The translations under genes and the position numbers were made by a program. This document shows, piece by piece, positions 1 to 8,897 of a DNA stretch of 32,000 nucleotides; the stretch's first letter is position 1; the number at the start of each line of letters is the position of its first letter. The DNA comes from an uncultured Opitutales bacterium (lineage in GTDB: Bacteria; Verrucomicrobiota; Verrucomicrobiia; Opitutales; Intestinicryptomonadaceae). Below the pieces are notes generated by a model, which ran no database searches, was not told the DNA's origin, and saw only the letters and a list, made by a program, of their open reading frames with translations. The DNA is taken from contig CAKTSY010000002.1 in the NCBI GenBank assembly GCA_934613415.1, positions 120,001 through 152,000 on the forward strand, given 5' to 3'.

Positions 1-1
1 C

Positions 2-343
2 ATAAAGGCTACAAATTGTCGCTACATTCCCCTTTCGATTGCAACGTGGCGCAAAAGCACTTCCATAAAAGACGTTGCATTTAAAAACGTTTCGGTTGAA
101 TATGTGGGAGACGCTCCCGACTATGCGGTAAAGGCGTCTACAAAGAAAGCTCCCCGTACGGAGATATACATTTTGCCCTATTGGGGTTTCTTTGCAAAGA
201 ATGCTGAGGGCTTAAAGTTTGAAAATTTCGCAATAAGCTGCAAAAGCCCCGACAAACGCCCCGCGGTTGGGCTTGAAAATTCGTCTATTGAGGAGCTAAA
301 AAACTTTACGATAAACGGCAAGGTTGTAAAAAATCTTAAGTAG
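2..343 (+). CDS. 3' end of a CDS cut by the window edge; C-terminal part of a probable parallel beta-helix (GH28/pectin-lyase-fold-like) enzyme
   Basis: Frame 2 is open from position 2 to the TAG at 341-343; the listed 104..343 ORF merely starts at an internal GTG. The text IKDVAFKNVSVEY...GLKFENFAISC...LKNFTINGKVV resembles beta-helix glycosidase C-termini. A strong terminator follows. Confidence 0.5.
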   Translation: MKATNCRYIPLSIATWRKSTSIKDVAFKNVSVEYVGDAPDYAVKASTKKAPRTEIYILPYWGFFAKNAEGLKFENFAISCKSPDKRPAVGLENSSIEELKNFTINGKVVKNLK

Positions 344-371
344 CAAAAAGCCATTGTTTTGGCTAAAATCA

Positions 372-406
372 AAAATCCGCCAAGCTATTTTGGCGGATTT
401 TTTTTG
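372..406 (+). terminator. Rho-independent terminator
   Basis: Perfect 12-bp stem AAAATCCGCCAA (372-383) / TTGGCGGATTTT (390-401), 6-nt loop, T-run to 405. Confidence 0.75.
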
Positions 407-472
407 TGCGAGTTCAGATTTTTTTGCAAATTCGCTTGACAAAAAAATAAATTCACCAAGAGTTTAAACCAA

Positions 473-1147
473 ATGGTTAAATCGGAAAAGGTAAATCTCC
501 GCCGCAAGGTTGTTGGCGACAACGAAACTGTCGACAAAATCTTGTCGTGCGCGCTGCACGAATTTGCGCTGCACAGCATTCACGGGGTTTCTACCCGTCA
601 GATTGCCAAAAAAGCGGGAGTAAACCATGCCTGCATAAACTACTATTTTGGCGGCAAGCACGAAATGTATGTTGAAATTTTGCGCAGGGCGGTTGAATTT
701 TTTAACGAAAACTACCGCGTTCTTTTATCCGAAATAGACGCATATCTTAAAGGCGGCAAAAGCGACCGAAAAAAATCGGGCGAATACATAAAGGCTTTGC
801 TTGCAAAGGGGCGCGAAACTATGGTGCTTGAAGGTTCCGAAAGCTTTCAATTGCTTATACGGCGAGAGGAAAGCTATCCTACCGACGCATTCCCCATTTT
901 GTTCGACGGCGTTTTTAAGCCCCTAAACGAAACTATTGTAGCCCTGATTAGGGCCGACAACCCAGAAATATCGCACGAAAAGGCGTTGGCATTTTCGATT
1001 TCGCTTTTATCGCTAAACGTTTCGCAACTTTTGTGCAAAACGGGTTATTTAAAGCTGGCAAACAAAAATGCTTTCGACGATGGCATTCGCGCCGACTTTT
1101 CCGACATAGTAGACAAAACAATAGACAATTTTATAGGACAAAAATAA
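473..1147 (+). CDS. TetR/AcrR-family transcriptional regulator, likely repressor of the downstream RND operon
   Basis: N-terminal HTH text HGVSTRQIAKKAGVNHACINYYFGGKHEMY is the TetR signature. Its stop TAA (1145-1147) abuts the ATG of the next gene (TAAATG). Confidence 0.9.
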   Translation: MVKSEKVNLRRKVVGDNETVDKILSCALHEFALHSIHGVSTRQIAKKAGVNHACINYYFGGKHEMYVEILRRAVEFFNENYRVLLSEIDAYLKGGKSDRKKSGEYIKALLAKGRETMVLEGSESFQLLIRREESYPTDAFPILFDGVFKPLNETIVALIRADNPEISHEKALAFSISLLSLNVSQLLCKTGYLKLANKNAFDDGIRADFSDIVDKTIDNFIGQK

Positions 1148-2269
1148 ATGAATATAAGAAAATACATATTGGCGTTTTCTATAACCGCTGTTGCAGCTCT
1201 TCTTTTTTCGGGCTGCAATAAGCAAAACAATGCGGCAATACAAAGACCCGCTCCCGAGGTAGACGTGGCTTTGCCCATAAAGAAATCCGTAGAGCTGTGG
1301 GACGAATATACCGCGCGCATAGACGGCGAACAGAGCGTTGAAATACGCGCCCGCGTAAGCGGCTATCTTGAAAAGAAATGCTTTAAAGACGGCGAATATG
1401 TAAAAAAAGGCCAAACGCTTTTTCTTATAGACGCAAGACCCTTTAAGGCGGTTGTCGCCGCTGCAAAAGCGTCGGTGCAAGAGGCCGAAAGCCGCGTTGT
1501 TTTAGCCGAAGGCAACTATGCAAGAGCGGCGGAATTGTTTAAGTCGAACGCAATTTCGAAGGAAGTGCTCGACACGCGAAATGCCGACTTGCTTATGTCG
1601 AAGGCGAATTTGTCGTTGGCAAAGGCAAACTTGGTAAAGGCGGAGTTAGACTTGGAATTTACAACAATAGTCTCGCCGGTTTCCGGCTATGTAAGCCGCA
1701 GATATGTCGACGAGGGCAATCTTATAAGCGCGTCGTCTACATTATTGGCAAAGGTTATTTCAAGGGATACCGTTTATGTATATTTTGAAGCCAGCGAAAG
1801 GGACGCAATTAAATACCTAAACGAGGGCACTTTCAACAATATGAAGAGCGAAAAAATACCCGTAAAGATAAAGCTTATGGGCGAAAAGGATTTCGGGCAC
1901 AAGGGCGTTTTAAGCTATGTGGGCAACTCTTTAAACACCCTTAATTTGGAATTGCGCGCCGACATAAACAATTCCGACAAAAAGCTTATGCCGGGCATGT
2001 ACGCAAAGGCGGCAATGCTTTACAACAAAAACTCGCAAAGCCTGCTTGTTCCCGAAGCGGCCGTAGGCACCGACTTGGTAGGCCGCTATGTTATGACCGT
2101 AGACGAAAAGAACATTGCGCGCTACACCCCCGTAAACGTCGGCGAACTTTTAAACGGCCAGCGAATTATACGAAGCGGGCTTAACGGCACCGAAAAAGTC
2201 GTGGTAAACGGCATACAAAGGGCTGTTCCCAACACGGTTGTAAATCCAAAGTTGGTAGAGCTTAAATAG
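1148..2269 (+). CDS. RND efflux periplasmic adaptor (membrane fusion protein), lipoprotein
   Basis: Lipobox LLFSGC. Shows the coiled-coil/lipoyl/beta-barrel pattern typical of AcrA/MexA-like MFPs (GYLEKKCFKDGEYVKKGQTLFLID ... IVSPVSGYVSRR). Lies immediately upstream of the RND pump. Confidence 0.92.
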   Translation: MNIRKYILAFSITAVAALLFSGCNKQNNAAIQRPAPEVDVALPIKKSVELWDEYTARIDGEQSVEIRARVSGYLEKKCFKDGEYVKKGQTLFLIDARPFKAVVAAAKASVQEAESRVVLAEGNYARAAELFKSNAISKEVLDTRNADLLMSKANLSLAKANLVKAELDLEFTTIVSPVSGYVSRRYVDEGNLISASSTLLAKVISRDTVYVYFEASERDAIKYLNEGTFNNMKSEKIPVKIKLMGEKDFGHKGVLSYVGNSLNTLNLELRADINNSDKKLMPGMYAKAAMLYNKNSQSLLVPEAAVGTDLVGRYVMTVDEKNIARYTPVNVGELLNGQRIIRSGLNGTEKVVVNGIQRAVPNTVVNPKLVELK

Positions 2270-2300
2270 CTTTGTCTTAAAACAAAAAATTTTTTGCAAA

Positions 2301-5300
2301 ATGAAATTTTCACACTTTTTTATAGACCGCCCAATTTTTGCGAGCGTCATTTCCATTGTGATTATGATTATAGGCGCGGTTAGCTACCTAAGGCTGCCCG
2401 TTTCGCAGTATCCCGAAATTGTGCCGCCTACGATTACGGTTTCTACCACATATTTGGGCGCTTCGCCCGAAGTTATAATGAACACTGTAGCCGCTCCAAT
2501 CGAGCAGGAAATCAACGGCGTAGAAAATATGCTATATATGCAAAGCCAGTGTTCGGCCGATGGCTCTATGCGTATTTCCGTAACTTTCGAAACGGGCACC
2601 GACATTGATATGGCGCAGATTTTGGTGCAAAACAGGGTCGACATTGCAAAACCGCGTTTGCCCGCCGAAGTTCAAAGCATTGGCGTAAACGTTAAAAAGC
2701 AGTCGCCCGATATGCTGCTTATTGCAAACTTGTATTCGCCCGATGCCTCGCGCGACAAGTTGTATTTAACAAACTACGCCATTACCCAAATGAAAGACCA
2801 GCTTGCCCGTGTGCACGGCGTAAGCGAAATTCAGGTTTTCGGCGCAAAGGAATATTCAATGCGCGTATGGCTAAACCCCGACAGGCTCGCCTACCTAAAC
2901 TTGTCGCCAATGCAGGTTATAAACGCGCTTAAAGAGCAAAACAGCCAGGTTGCGGCGGGCAAGCTAAACCAGCCCCCCAACAACGAGGGAGCCGCCTACG
3001 AGCTAATCATAAACGCGCAGGGGCGTTTGGCTTCCGAAGAGGAATTCGGCGAAATCATTGTAAAATATACTCCCAACGGCGAAATTGTAAGGCTTAAAGA
3101 CGTTGCCAGAATAGAATTGGGCTCGTATTTGTACAACGACGAATCGTACTACGACGGCAGGGAAAGCGTTGCCCTTGGCTTTTACCAGCTGCCCGGCGCA
3201 AACGCCATAGACACCGCAAAAAGGGTTAAGGCCGAACTCGAACGATTGGCAAAACTATTCCCTGCGGGCATTGCCTACGATGTCGGCGTAGACACTACCG
3301 ACTATATACAAGAGTCTATCGATGGCGTATATTCGACTATTATCGACGCTATTTTGCTTGTTGTTGTTGTAATTATGGTGTTTTTGCAAGACTGGAGGGC
3401 GGCGATTATCCCGCTTTTTGCTATTCCCGTATCGCTGGTTGGAACATTCTTTGTTATGGACTTGTTCGGGTTTTCAATCAACAACCTTTCGCTGTTCGGT
3501 TTGGTGTTGGCAATCGGCATTGTTGTAGACGACGCGATTGTTGTTGTAGAAAACGTAGAGCGAAACCGAAAGGAGGGCTTGTCTGTAAAAGAGGCAACCA
3601 AAAAGGCAATGACGCAGGTGCAGGGTGCACTTATAGCCATTATGTTGGTGCTAAGTAGCGTGTTCATTCCCACGGCGTTCATAGAAGGGATTTCGGGCGC
3701 GTTCTACAAGCAATTTGCGCTTACAATTGCCGCTTCTACCGTGTTTTCGGGCATAGTTTCGCTTACGCTTTCACCTGCGCTGTGCGCAATTTTGCTTAAA
3801 GACGAGGGCGCAAAGAAAGACCTCTTTACCCGAATTTGGGATACCACTTTGGGCAAGGCGTTCGGCATTTTCAACATTTGCTTTAACTGGGTTGCCGCAA
3901 AATATGGCAAGTTGGTTGTGTTGCTAACAAAATGCTCGCCTTTGGTTGTTTTGCTTTATGCGGGGTTAATATATGCAACTGTTTGGTGCTTTATAAACAC
4001 TCCCAAAGGCTTTATTCCCAAGCAAGACCAGGGCTATTTGTTTGCAACGCTGCAGCTGCCCGATGGAGCATCGTTTTACAGAACCGATGCCGTTGTTAAA
4101 AAGGCGGTTGCCCTTATGCAAAAAGAAGGCGGCGTAAAGCACACCGTTGGCATTACGGGCTATAACGCGGCAACCCAAAGCAAGGGCTCTAACGGCGGCG
4201 CGGTTTTTATTACATTAAGCGACCATAAAGAAAGAATAAAACAGGGCTTTACCGCCGATTCTATTGTTGCCAATATGAACAGAATATTGGGAACGCAAAT
4301 AAAGGAGGCTTCCGTTTATGTATTAACGCCTCCCGCCGTAAACGGTATCGGCGTAGGCGGCGACTACAAGTTTTACGTTCAAGACAAGGGCGGTTTGGGC
4401 GTTTCGCAAATTGCGGAATACACCGGCAAAATGTTGGCAAAGGTAAACCAGTTGCCCGAAGTTGCGTTTGCGTTTTCGGGCTACAGGGTAACAACTCCGC
4501 AGCTTTACGCCGATATAGACCGCCAGCGCGCGCAAAAGCTAAATGTTCCCATAAGCTCGATATTCAGCACAATGCAATATAATTTGGGCTCGGTTTACGT
4601 TAACGACTTTAACATTTTAGGCCGTGTATATAGGGTTGTTGCCCAGGCAGAAGGTTCTAGCCGCCACGACATTTCCGACATATACAACCTAAAAGTTCCG
4701 AATTCTTTGGGCGAAAATGTTCCCTTGGGTTCGGTTGCCGACATTCGCAGAATTATAGGTCCCGACAGAACCGTAAGGTATAACCTATACTCTTCGGCCG
4801 AAGCTCAGGGCAACGTAACCCCCGGCTACAGTACGGGGCAGGCCATTGCGGCAATAGAAAAACTTGCCGACGAAGTTTTGCCCAAAGACATGGGCATAGA
4901 CTGGACCGACTTGGCCTTTCAGGAAAAGAGGGTAGGCAACACCGCAATATTGATATTTACGCTTTGCGTTGTGTTTGTGTTCCTTTTGCTTGCCGCCTTG
5001 TACGAAAGCTGGACACTGCCGCTTGCTGTTGTAATGGTTGTTCCCCTTGTGCTGCTTTTCGCAATATTGGGCGTAAGGTTTAGGGGTATGGACAACAACA
5101 TAATGACGCAAATAGGCTTTGTTGTTTTGATAGGTTTGGCGTGCAAAAACGCGATATTGATTGTGGAATTTGCAAAACAGCGCGTAGAAAAGGGCGAAGA
5201 GCTTGTAAGCTCGGTAAGCCACGCCTCGCAAAACAGGCTAAGACCCATTTTGATGACTTCGTTCGCCTTCATATTCGGCGTTGTTCCACTGGCGTATGCT

Positions 5301-5450
5301 ACGGGTTCGGGCGCGGAATTGCGTCAGGCATTGGGTACAAGCGTAATGTACGGAATGATGGGTGTTACATTGTTCGGCCTTATAATTACGCCCGTTGCAT
5401 TTTATGTAATAAAGCGTTTGACTACAAAAAAAGTAAAAGCTATTCAGTAG
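2301..5450 (+). CDS. RND multidrug efflux transporter permease (HAE1/AcrB family)
   Basis: 1049 aa. Canonical N-terminus MKFSHFFIDRPIFA and the conserved motifs GIVVDDAIVVVENVERN and LACKNAILIVEFA. Confidence 0.97.
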   Translation: MKFSHFFIDRPIFASVISIVIMIIGAVSYLRLPVSQYPEIVPPTITVSTTYLGASPEVIMNTVAAPIEQEINGVENMLYMQSQCSADGSMRISVTFETGTDIDMAQILVQNRVDIAKPRLPAEVQSIGVNVKKQSPDMLLIANLYSPDASRDKLYLTNYAITQMKDQLARVHGVSEIQVFGAKEYSMRVWLNPDRLAYLNLSPMQVINALKEQNSQVAAGKLNQPPNNEGAAYELIINAQGRLASEEEFGEIIVKYTPNGEIVRLKDVARIELGSYLYNDESYYDGRESVALGFYQLPGANAIDTAKRVKAELERLAKLFPAGIAYDVGVDTTDYIQESIDGVYSTIIDAILLVVVVIMVFLQDWRAAIIPLFAIPVSLVGTFFVMDLFGFSINNLSLFGLVLAIGIVVDDAIVVVENVERNRKEGLSVKEATKKAMTQVQGALIAIMLVLSSVFIPTAFIEGISGAFYKQFALTIAASTVFSGIVSLTLSPALCAILLKDEGAKKDLFTRIWDTTLGKAFGIFNICFNWVAAKYGKLVVLLTKCSPLVVLLYAGLIYATVWCFINTPKGFIPKQDQGYLFATLQLPDGASFYRTDAVVKKAVALMQKEGGVKHTVGITGYNAATQSKGSNGGAVFITLSDHKERIKQGFTADSIVANMNRILGTQIKEASVYVLTPPAVNGIGVGGDYKFYVQDKGGLGVSQIAEYTGKMLAKVNQLPEVAFAFSGYRVTTPQLYADIDRQRAQKLNVPISSIFSTMQYNLGSVYVNDFNILGRVYRVVAQAEGSSRHDISDIYNLKVPNSLGENVPLGSVADIRRIIGPDRTVRYNLYSSAEAQGNVTPGYSTGQAIAAIEKLADEVLPKDMGIDWTDLAFQEKRVGNTAILIFTLCVVFVFLLLAALYESWTLPLAVVMVVPLVLLFAILGVRFRGMDNNIMTQIGFVVLIGLACKNAILIVEFAKQRVEKGEELVSSVSHASQNRLRPILMTSFAFIFGVVPLAYATGSGAELRQALGTSVMYGMMGVTLFGLIITPVAFYVIKRLTTKKVKAIQ

Positions 5451-5464
5451 AGGAATAAGTATAT

Positions 5465-6877
5465 ATGAAAATATTTAAAAATTGCATACCTATGCCTGTG
5501 CTTGCGCTGCTTTGCGCGTGCAGCATGGCACCCGATTATCAGGACCCCAAAAAGGACGCCGAGCTTGAAAAGGCGGTCGGCGAAAACTTTTTTCACGCTC
5601 CCAATTTGTGGACTTCGGCAAAACCAGCCGACACCGAAAACAAGGGCAACTGGTGGAGCATATTCAACGATGCCGTTCTTTCCCACTATATGGAGGAACT
5701 TGCCGCCCATAATCCCGATTTAAAATCGGCGTTTTACACCGTAGAGCAGGCGAGGGCGGCCGCCGCAATGACAGAGGCCGAATTGTATCCCTGGCTTAAC
5801 GGCGACGCCGAATATTCCAGAACGGGGCTTTCCGACAACACGTTCGGCTCTAGCGGCGCAACGTACAACAAATGGCTTATAGGCGCCAGCCTTACTTGGG
5901 ACCCAGACTTTTTCGGCAGGGTTCGCAACTTGATGAATTCGGATATGGCAAAGGCGCAGTCGCTATTGGCGGCCTACAAAGACACAATGCTTAGGCTGCA
6001 GTCGGAGTTGGCAATAGCCTATTTTTCGCTAAAGCAATATAACTCCGAAAAGATTTTGCTTAAGGAAACAATAGACGTTCGCCAAGAGCAGGTTAAGCTT
6101 GTAAACGAAAGGTTTAAGTCGGGCACTTCAATTTTGGTGGATTTGCGCCGCGCAGAACAGCAGCTGTACGAGGCAAAAGCGCAGTATAGCGCAATATTAA
6201 AGTCGGCAGACTTAACAAAAGACTACATTGCATTGCTTTTGGGCAAAACCCGTTCGCAAATAAATATCAGCGATGCGGTGTTGTCGGATTCTCTGCCCAA
6301 AGCTCCAAAATGCGTGCCCAGCCAAGTTTTGCAGCGCCGCTACGACATTGCGTCGGCCGAAAGGCTTGTATATGCCGCCAACGAAAGAATAGGGGCAGCC
6401 AATGCCGCGTTTTTCCCGACGGTTACAATAAGTGCGTCGGCAGACTATGCCGCGGCCGACATAGACAAACTTTTCGACGCCAGCAGCTTGGCTTGGGGGG
6501 TTGGCCCCAGAATTTATATGCCGCTTTTTCAAGCGGGCAAGCTATATGCGCAAAGAAAAACCGCCTTGTATGAACACAAGCAAATTTTAGAGTCTTACAG
6601 GGCAACGGTGCTAAGGGCCATGAAAGAGGTGGAAGATTCCTTGACATCCATAAAACATTTGGAGAACGAATATAACGACCGCGAACGCTGCATGAAGGCC
6701 GCAAAGGAAGTTGAAAGCCTTACAAAAAAGCAGTACGACTTAGGCTATGTAGACTACTTTGAAGTTAGCGACGCGCAAAGACTTTCGCTTGTAAACGAAA
6801 GGGAGGTTATAAGCCTAAAGGGCAGCCAGTTTAAGGCTTTAATTCAGCTTATAGTTGCAAGCGGCGGCAGCCTTTAA
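5465..6877 (+). CDS. Efflux outer-membrane factor lipoprotein (NodT/OprM family)
   Basis: Lipobox LLCACS. 470 aa with duplicated TolC-like halves. Contains motifs such as WWSIFNDAVL and PLFQAGKLYA. Last gene of the efflux operon. Confidence 0.92.
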   Translation: MKIFKNCIPMPVLALLCACSMAPDYQDPKKDAELEKAVGENFFHAPNLWTSAKPADTENKGNWWSIFNDAVLSHYMEELAAHNPDLKSAFYTVEQARAAAAMTEAELYPWLNGDAEYSRTGLSDNTFGSSGATYNKWLIGASLTWDPDFFGRVRNLMNSDMAKAQSLLAAYKDTMLRLQSELAIAYFSLKQYNSEKILLKETIDVRQEQVKLVNERFKSGTSILVDLRRAEQQLYEAKAQYSAILKSADLTKDYIALLLGKTRSQINISDAVLSDSLPKAPKCVPSQVLQRRYDIASAERLVYAANERIGAANAAFFPTVTISASADYAAADIDKLFDASSLAWGVGPRIYMPLFQAGKLYAQRKTALYEHKQILESYRATVLRAMKEVEDSLTSIKHLENEYNDRERCMKAAKEVESLTKKQYDLGYVDYFEVSDAQRLSLVNEREVISLKGSQFKALIQLIVASGGSL

Positions 6878-6899
6878 CTTGCAGTAATTTAAACAAAGC

Positions 6900-6938
6900 A
6901 AAAACGCCGTTTTGCACTTCGCAAGCGGCGTTTTTTTT
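6900..6938 (+). terminator. Rho-independent terminator of the efflux operon
   Basis: AAAAACGCCG (6900-6909) pairs with CGGCGTTTTT (6926-6935). An inner TTGC/GCAA pairing extends the stem, followed by a run of 8 T. Confidence 0.75.
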
Positions 6939-6966
6939 CGTTTGCCAAATATGGATTTTTTACGAA

Positions 6967-6999
6967 GGGAAAGAATCGGCAAAATCTGCCTTCTTTCCC
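6967..6999. other. Stem-loop in the long intergenic region (second hairpin after the terminator)
   Basis: GGGAAAGAA (6967-6975) / TTCTTTCCC (6991-6999) form a perfect 9-bp stem, with inner GGCA/TGCC pairing. Only a weak T-tract follows. Confidence 0.3.
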
Positions 7000-7073
7000 G
7001 AAGCTTTTATGCAAACAAATTCCTAAGCAAAAAAACACAAAAATTAGCTCTATAAAGAAAAACACAAAAAAAG

Positions 7074-7101
7074 TTTTGGGAAATACAACATATTCCCAAA
7101 A
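7074..7101. promoter_or_regulatory. Inverted repeat, candidate operator upstream of the sugar operon
   Basis: TTTTGGGAA (7074-7082) and TTCCCAAAA (7093-7101) are perfect 9-bp arms with a 10-nt spacer, about 85 nt upstream of the 7185 ATG. Confidence 0.3.
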
Positions 7102-7184
7102 GTCCAACATTTTTAAACTTTTTTCTTGCCAAAGGTTGGCTTAAACACTAGCTTTGGGGCAACTTAAACAGAGAGGAATTATAT

Positions 7185-8294
7185 ATGAGCAAGAAAGCAA
7201 AATTGGCATTTTTAACTGCACCAAAAACATTCGAATTCAGGGAATTCGACATACCCGAAACTGTTGGCGACGACGAAATGCTTGTTAAGGTTGAAGCCTG
7301 CGGTGTTTGCGGTACCGACGGCCACGAATATTTGCGCGACCCCTTCGGTTTGTGCCCCGTAGTTCTCGGCCACGAAGGTACTGGCGAAATCGTTAAAATA
7401 GGCAAAAACGTTAAGTTCGACACCGCGGGCTTGCCCGTAAAATTGGGCGACAAAATCGTTACCTGCATTATCCCCTGCGGCGAGTGCGATGCCTGCAAGA
7501 ACACTCCCGCAAGAACAAACCTTTGCGAGCATTGCGGCATTTACGGCCTTATGCCCGACGACGATGTTCATCTAAACGGCTACTTCGGTCAATATTTGGT
7601 TATCCGCAAAAACTCTACCTTCTTTAACGTAAGCGACTTGTCTTTAGATATGCGAATTTTGGTAGAGCCTGCCACCGTCGCCGTTCACTGTGTGGAACGC
7701 GCAAAAACAACGGGGTTGCTTAACTTTGCAACAAAGGTTCTAGTTCAGGGCTGCGGGCCTATAGGCCTTTTGGTTATAAGCGTATTGCGCACAATGGGCA
7801 TAGAAAATATCACGGTTGTAGACGGCAACGATTCCAGACTTGAATTGGCAAAGGAATTTGGAGCTACGCACACCTTCAACTTTATGAAATACCCGAAGTT
7901 CGACGAGCTTTTGGCGGACGTAAAGAAAGTGCACAACGGCTTGGGGGCTGATTTCGTGTTCCAATGCACGGGTTCGGCAAAGGCGGCTGCAAACGCATGG
8001 AAATATGTAAAGCGCGGCGGCGGTATGTGCGAAGTTGGCTTTTTTATGGACGGCGGCGAATGCTCAATAAACCACCATTACGACATCTGCAACAAGGAAA
8101 TTTCGCTGGTCGGTTCTTGGGTATACACTCCGCAGGATTACCCGATAACATTCAATTTCCTAAAGCGTGCGGTTGGCATTGGCTTGCCCATGGGCAAACT
8201 TATAAGCCACAAATTCCCCCTCGAAAAAATCAACGAGGCACTGGAAACTAACGTTTCGATGAAGGGCATAAAAATTGCGGTTGTAATGGAGTAG
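7185..8294 (+). CDS. Zinc-dependent medium-chain dehydrogenase/reductase (sorbitol/threonine/polyol(-phosphate) dehydrogenase-like)
   Basis: Catalytic Zn motif CGVCGTDGHEY and signature GHEGTGEIVKIG. Structural Zn cluster CGECDACKNTPARTNLC. Rossmann GCGPIGL. GAGAGGA RBS lies upstream. Confidence 0.9.
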   Translation: MSKKAKLAFLTAPKTFEFREFDIPETVGDDEMLVKVEACGVCGTDGHEYLRDPFGLCPVVLGHEGTGEIVKIGKNVKFDTAGLPVKLGDKIVTCIIPCGECDACKNTPARTNLCEHCGIYGLMPDDDVHLNGYFGQYLVIRKNSTFFNVSDLSLDMRILVEPATVAVHCVERAKTTGLLNFATKVLVQGCGPIGLLVISVLRTMGIENITVVDGNDSRLELAKEFGATHTFNFMKYPKFDELLADVKKVHNGLGADFVFQCTGSAKAAANAWKYVKRGGGMCEVGFFMDGGECSINHHYDICNKEISLVGSWVYTPQDYPITFNFLKRAVGIGLPMGKLISHKFPLEKINEALETNVSMKGIKIAVVME

Positions 8295-8336
8295 TTTTTA
8301 TCGGCAATTTAAAAATCAAAAAGAAAGGCAGACTAA

Positions 8337-8894
8337 ATGAAAAGATCTCTGATTAACCAAATGTGTCAGGAGGCAAAAGACGTATTCGAAAAACACGGTT
8401 GGACACTTCCGCCCGTTCCCAAGTGGGACTTTTCGGATTTCGGCAAAAACGATTTGGACAACTATGCGCTAGTTCTTATAAATTTGGCCGAAGAAAAGGA
8501 ATATTGCGAAAAGCTTATGTATGCGCGCTGCGGGCAATATACACCCTGCCACTGCCACAAATTCAAGAAGGAGGACATTATCTGCCGCCACGGCAAATTC
8601 CTTGTAAGGGTTTGGGACTGCCCCGAAAAGACAAACGGAAAAACCGTTGTTCTTAACATAAACGGCAAGCCCACCGAATTGATAAGCGGTGCCGACGTGA
8701 TAATTCCCGCGGGCAGCCGCATTACGTTGACAAAGGGTATTTACCACGAATTTACCCCCGTAGAGCCCGAAACCATTATAGGCGAAGTTTCCACCGCAAA
8801 CGACGACGTAAACGACAATTTCTTTACAGACCCCGAAATTGGGCGTTTCCCCGAAGTTGAGGAGGACGAACCCGTAAAATTTAAGCTTCTTTAA
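8337..8894 (+). CDS. D-lyxose/D-mannose-isomerase-family cupin sugar isomerase (divergent)
   Basis: 185 aa. Text MKRS.IN....A...F.KHGW.LPP, metal motif HCHKFKKEDII...YHEF and C-terminal GEVSTANDDVNDNFF match my recollection of the YdaE/Z5688 lyxose-isomerase family. Confidence 0.7.
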   Translation: MKRSLINQMCQEAKDVFEKHGWTLPPVPKWDFSDFGKNDLDNYALVLINLAEEKEYCEKLMYARCGQYTPCHCHKFKKEDIICRHGKFLVRVWDCPEKTNGKTVVLNINGKPTELISGADVIIPAGSRITLTKGIYHEFTPVEPETIIGEVSTANDDVNDNFFTDPEIGRFPEVEEDEPVKFKLL

Positions 8895-8897
8895 CTT

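Noticed and set aside
5141-5458. 105-aa plus-strand alternative-frame ORF at the end of the RND pump gene, as a possible overlapping gene
   Set aside because: It lies entirely within the AcrB-family reading frame. Its Arg/Cys/Gly-rich translation is typical of an off-frame read, and it has no start context.
6889-7110. 73-aa minus-strand ORF in the intergenic region between the efflux and sugar operons
   Set aside because: It reads through the efflux-operon terminator hairpin and the A/T-rich repeats. Its F/V/K-rich composition is explained by the AT-rich DNA. It has no RBS and no partner gene.
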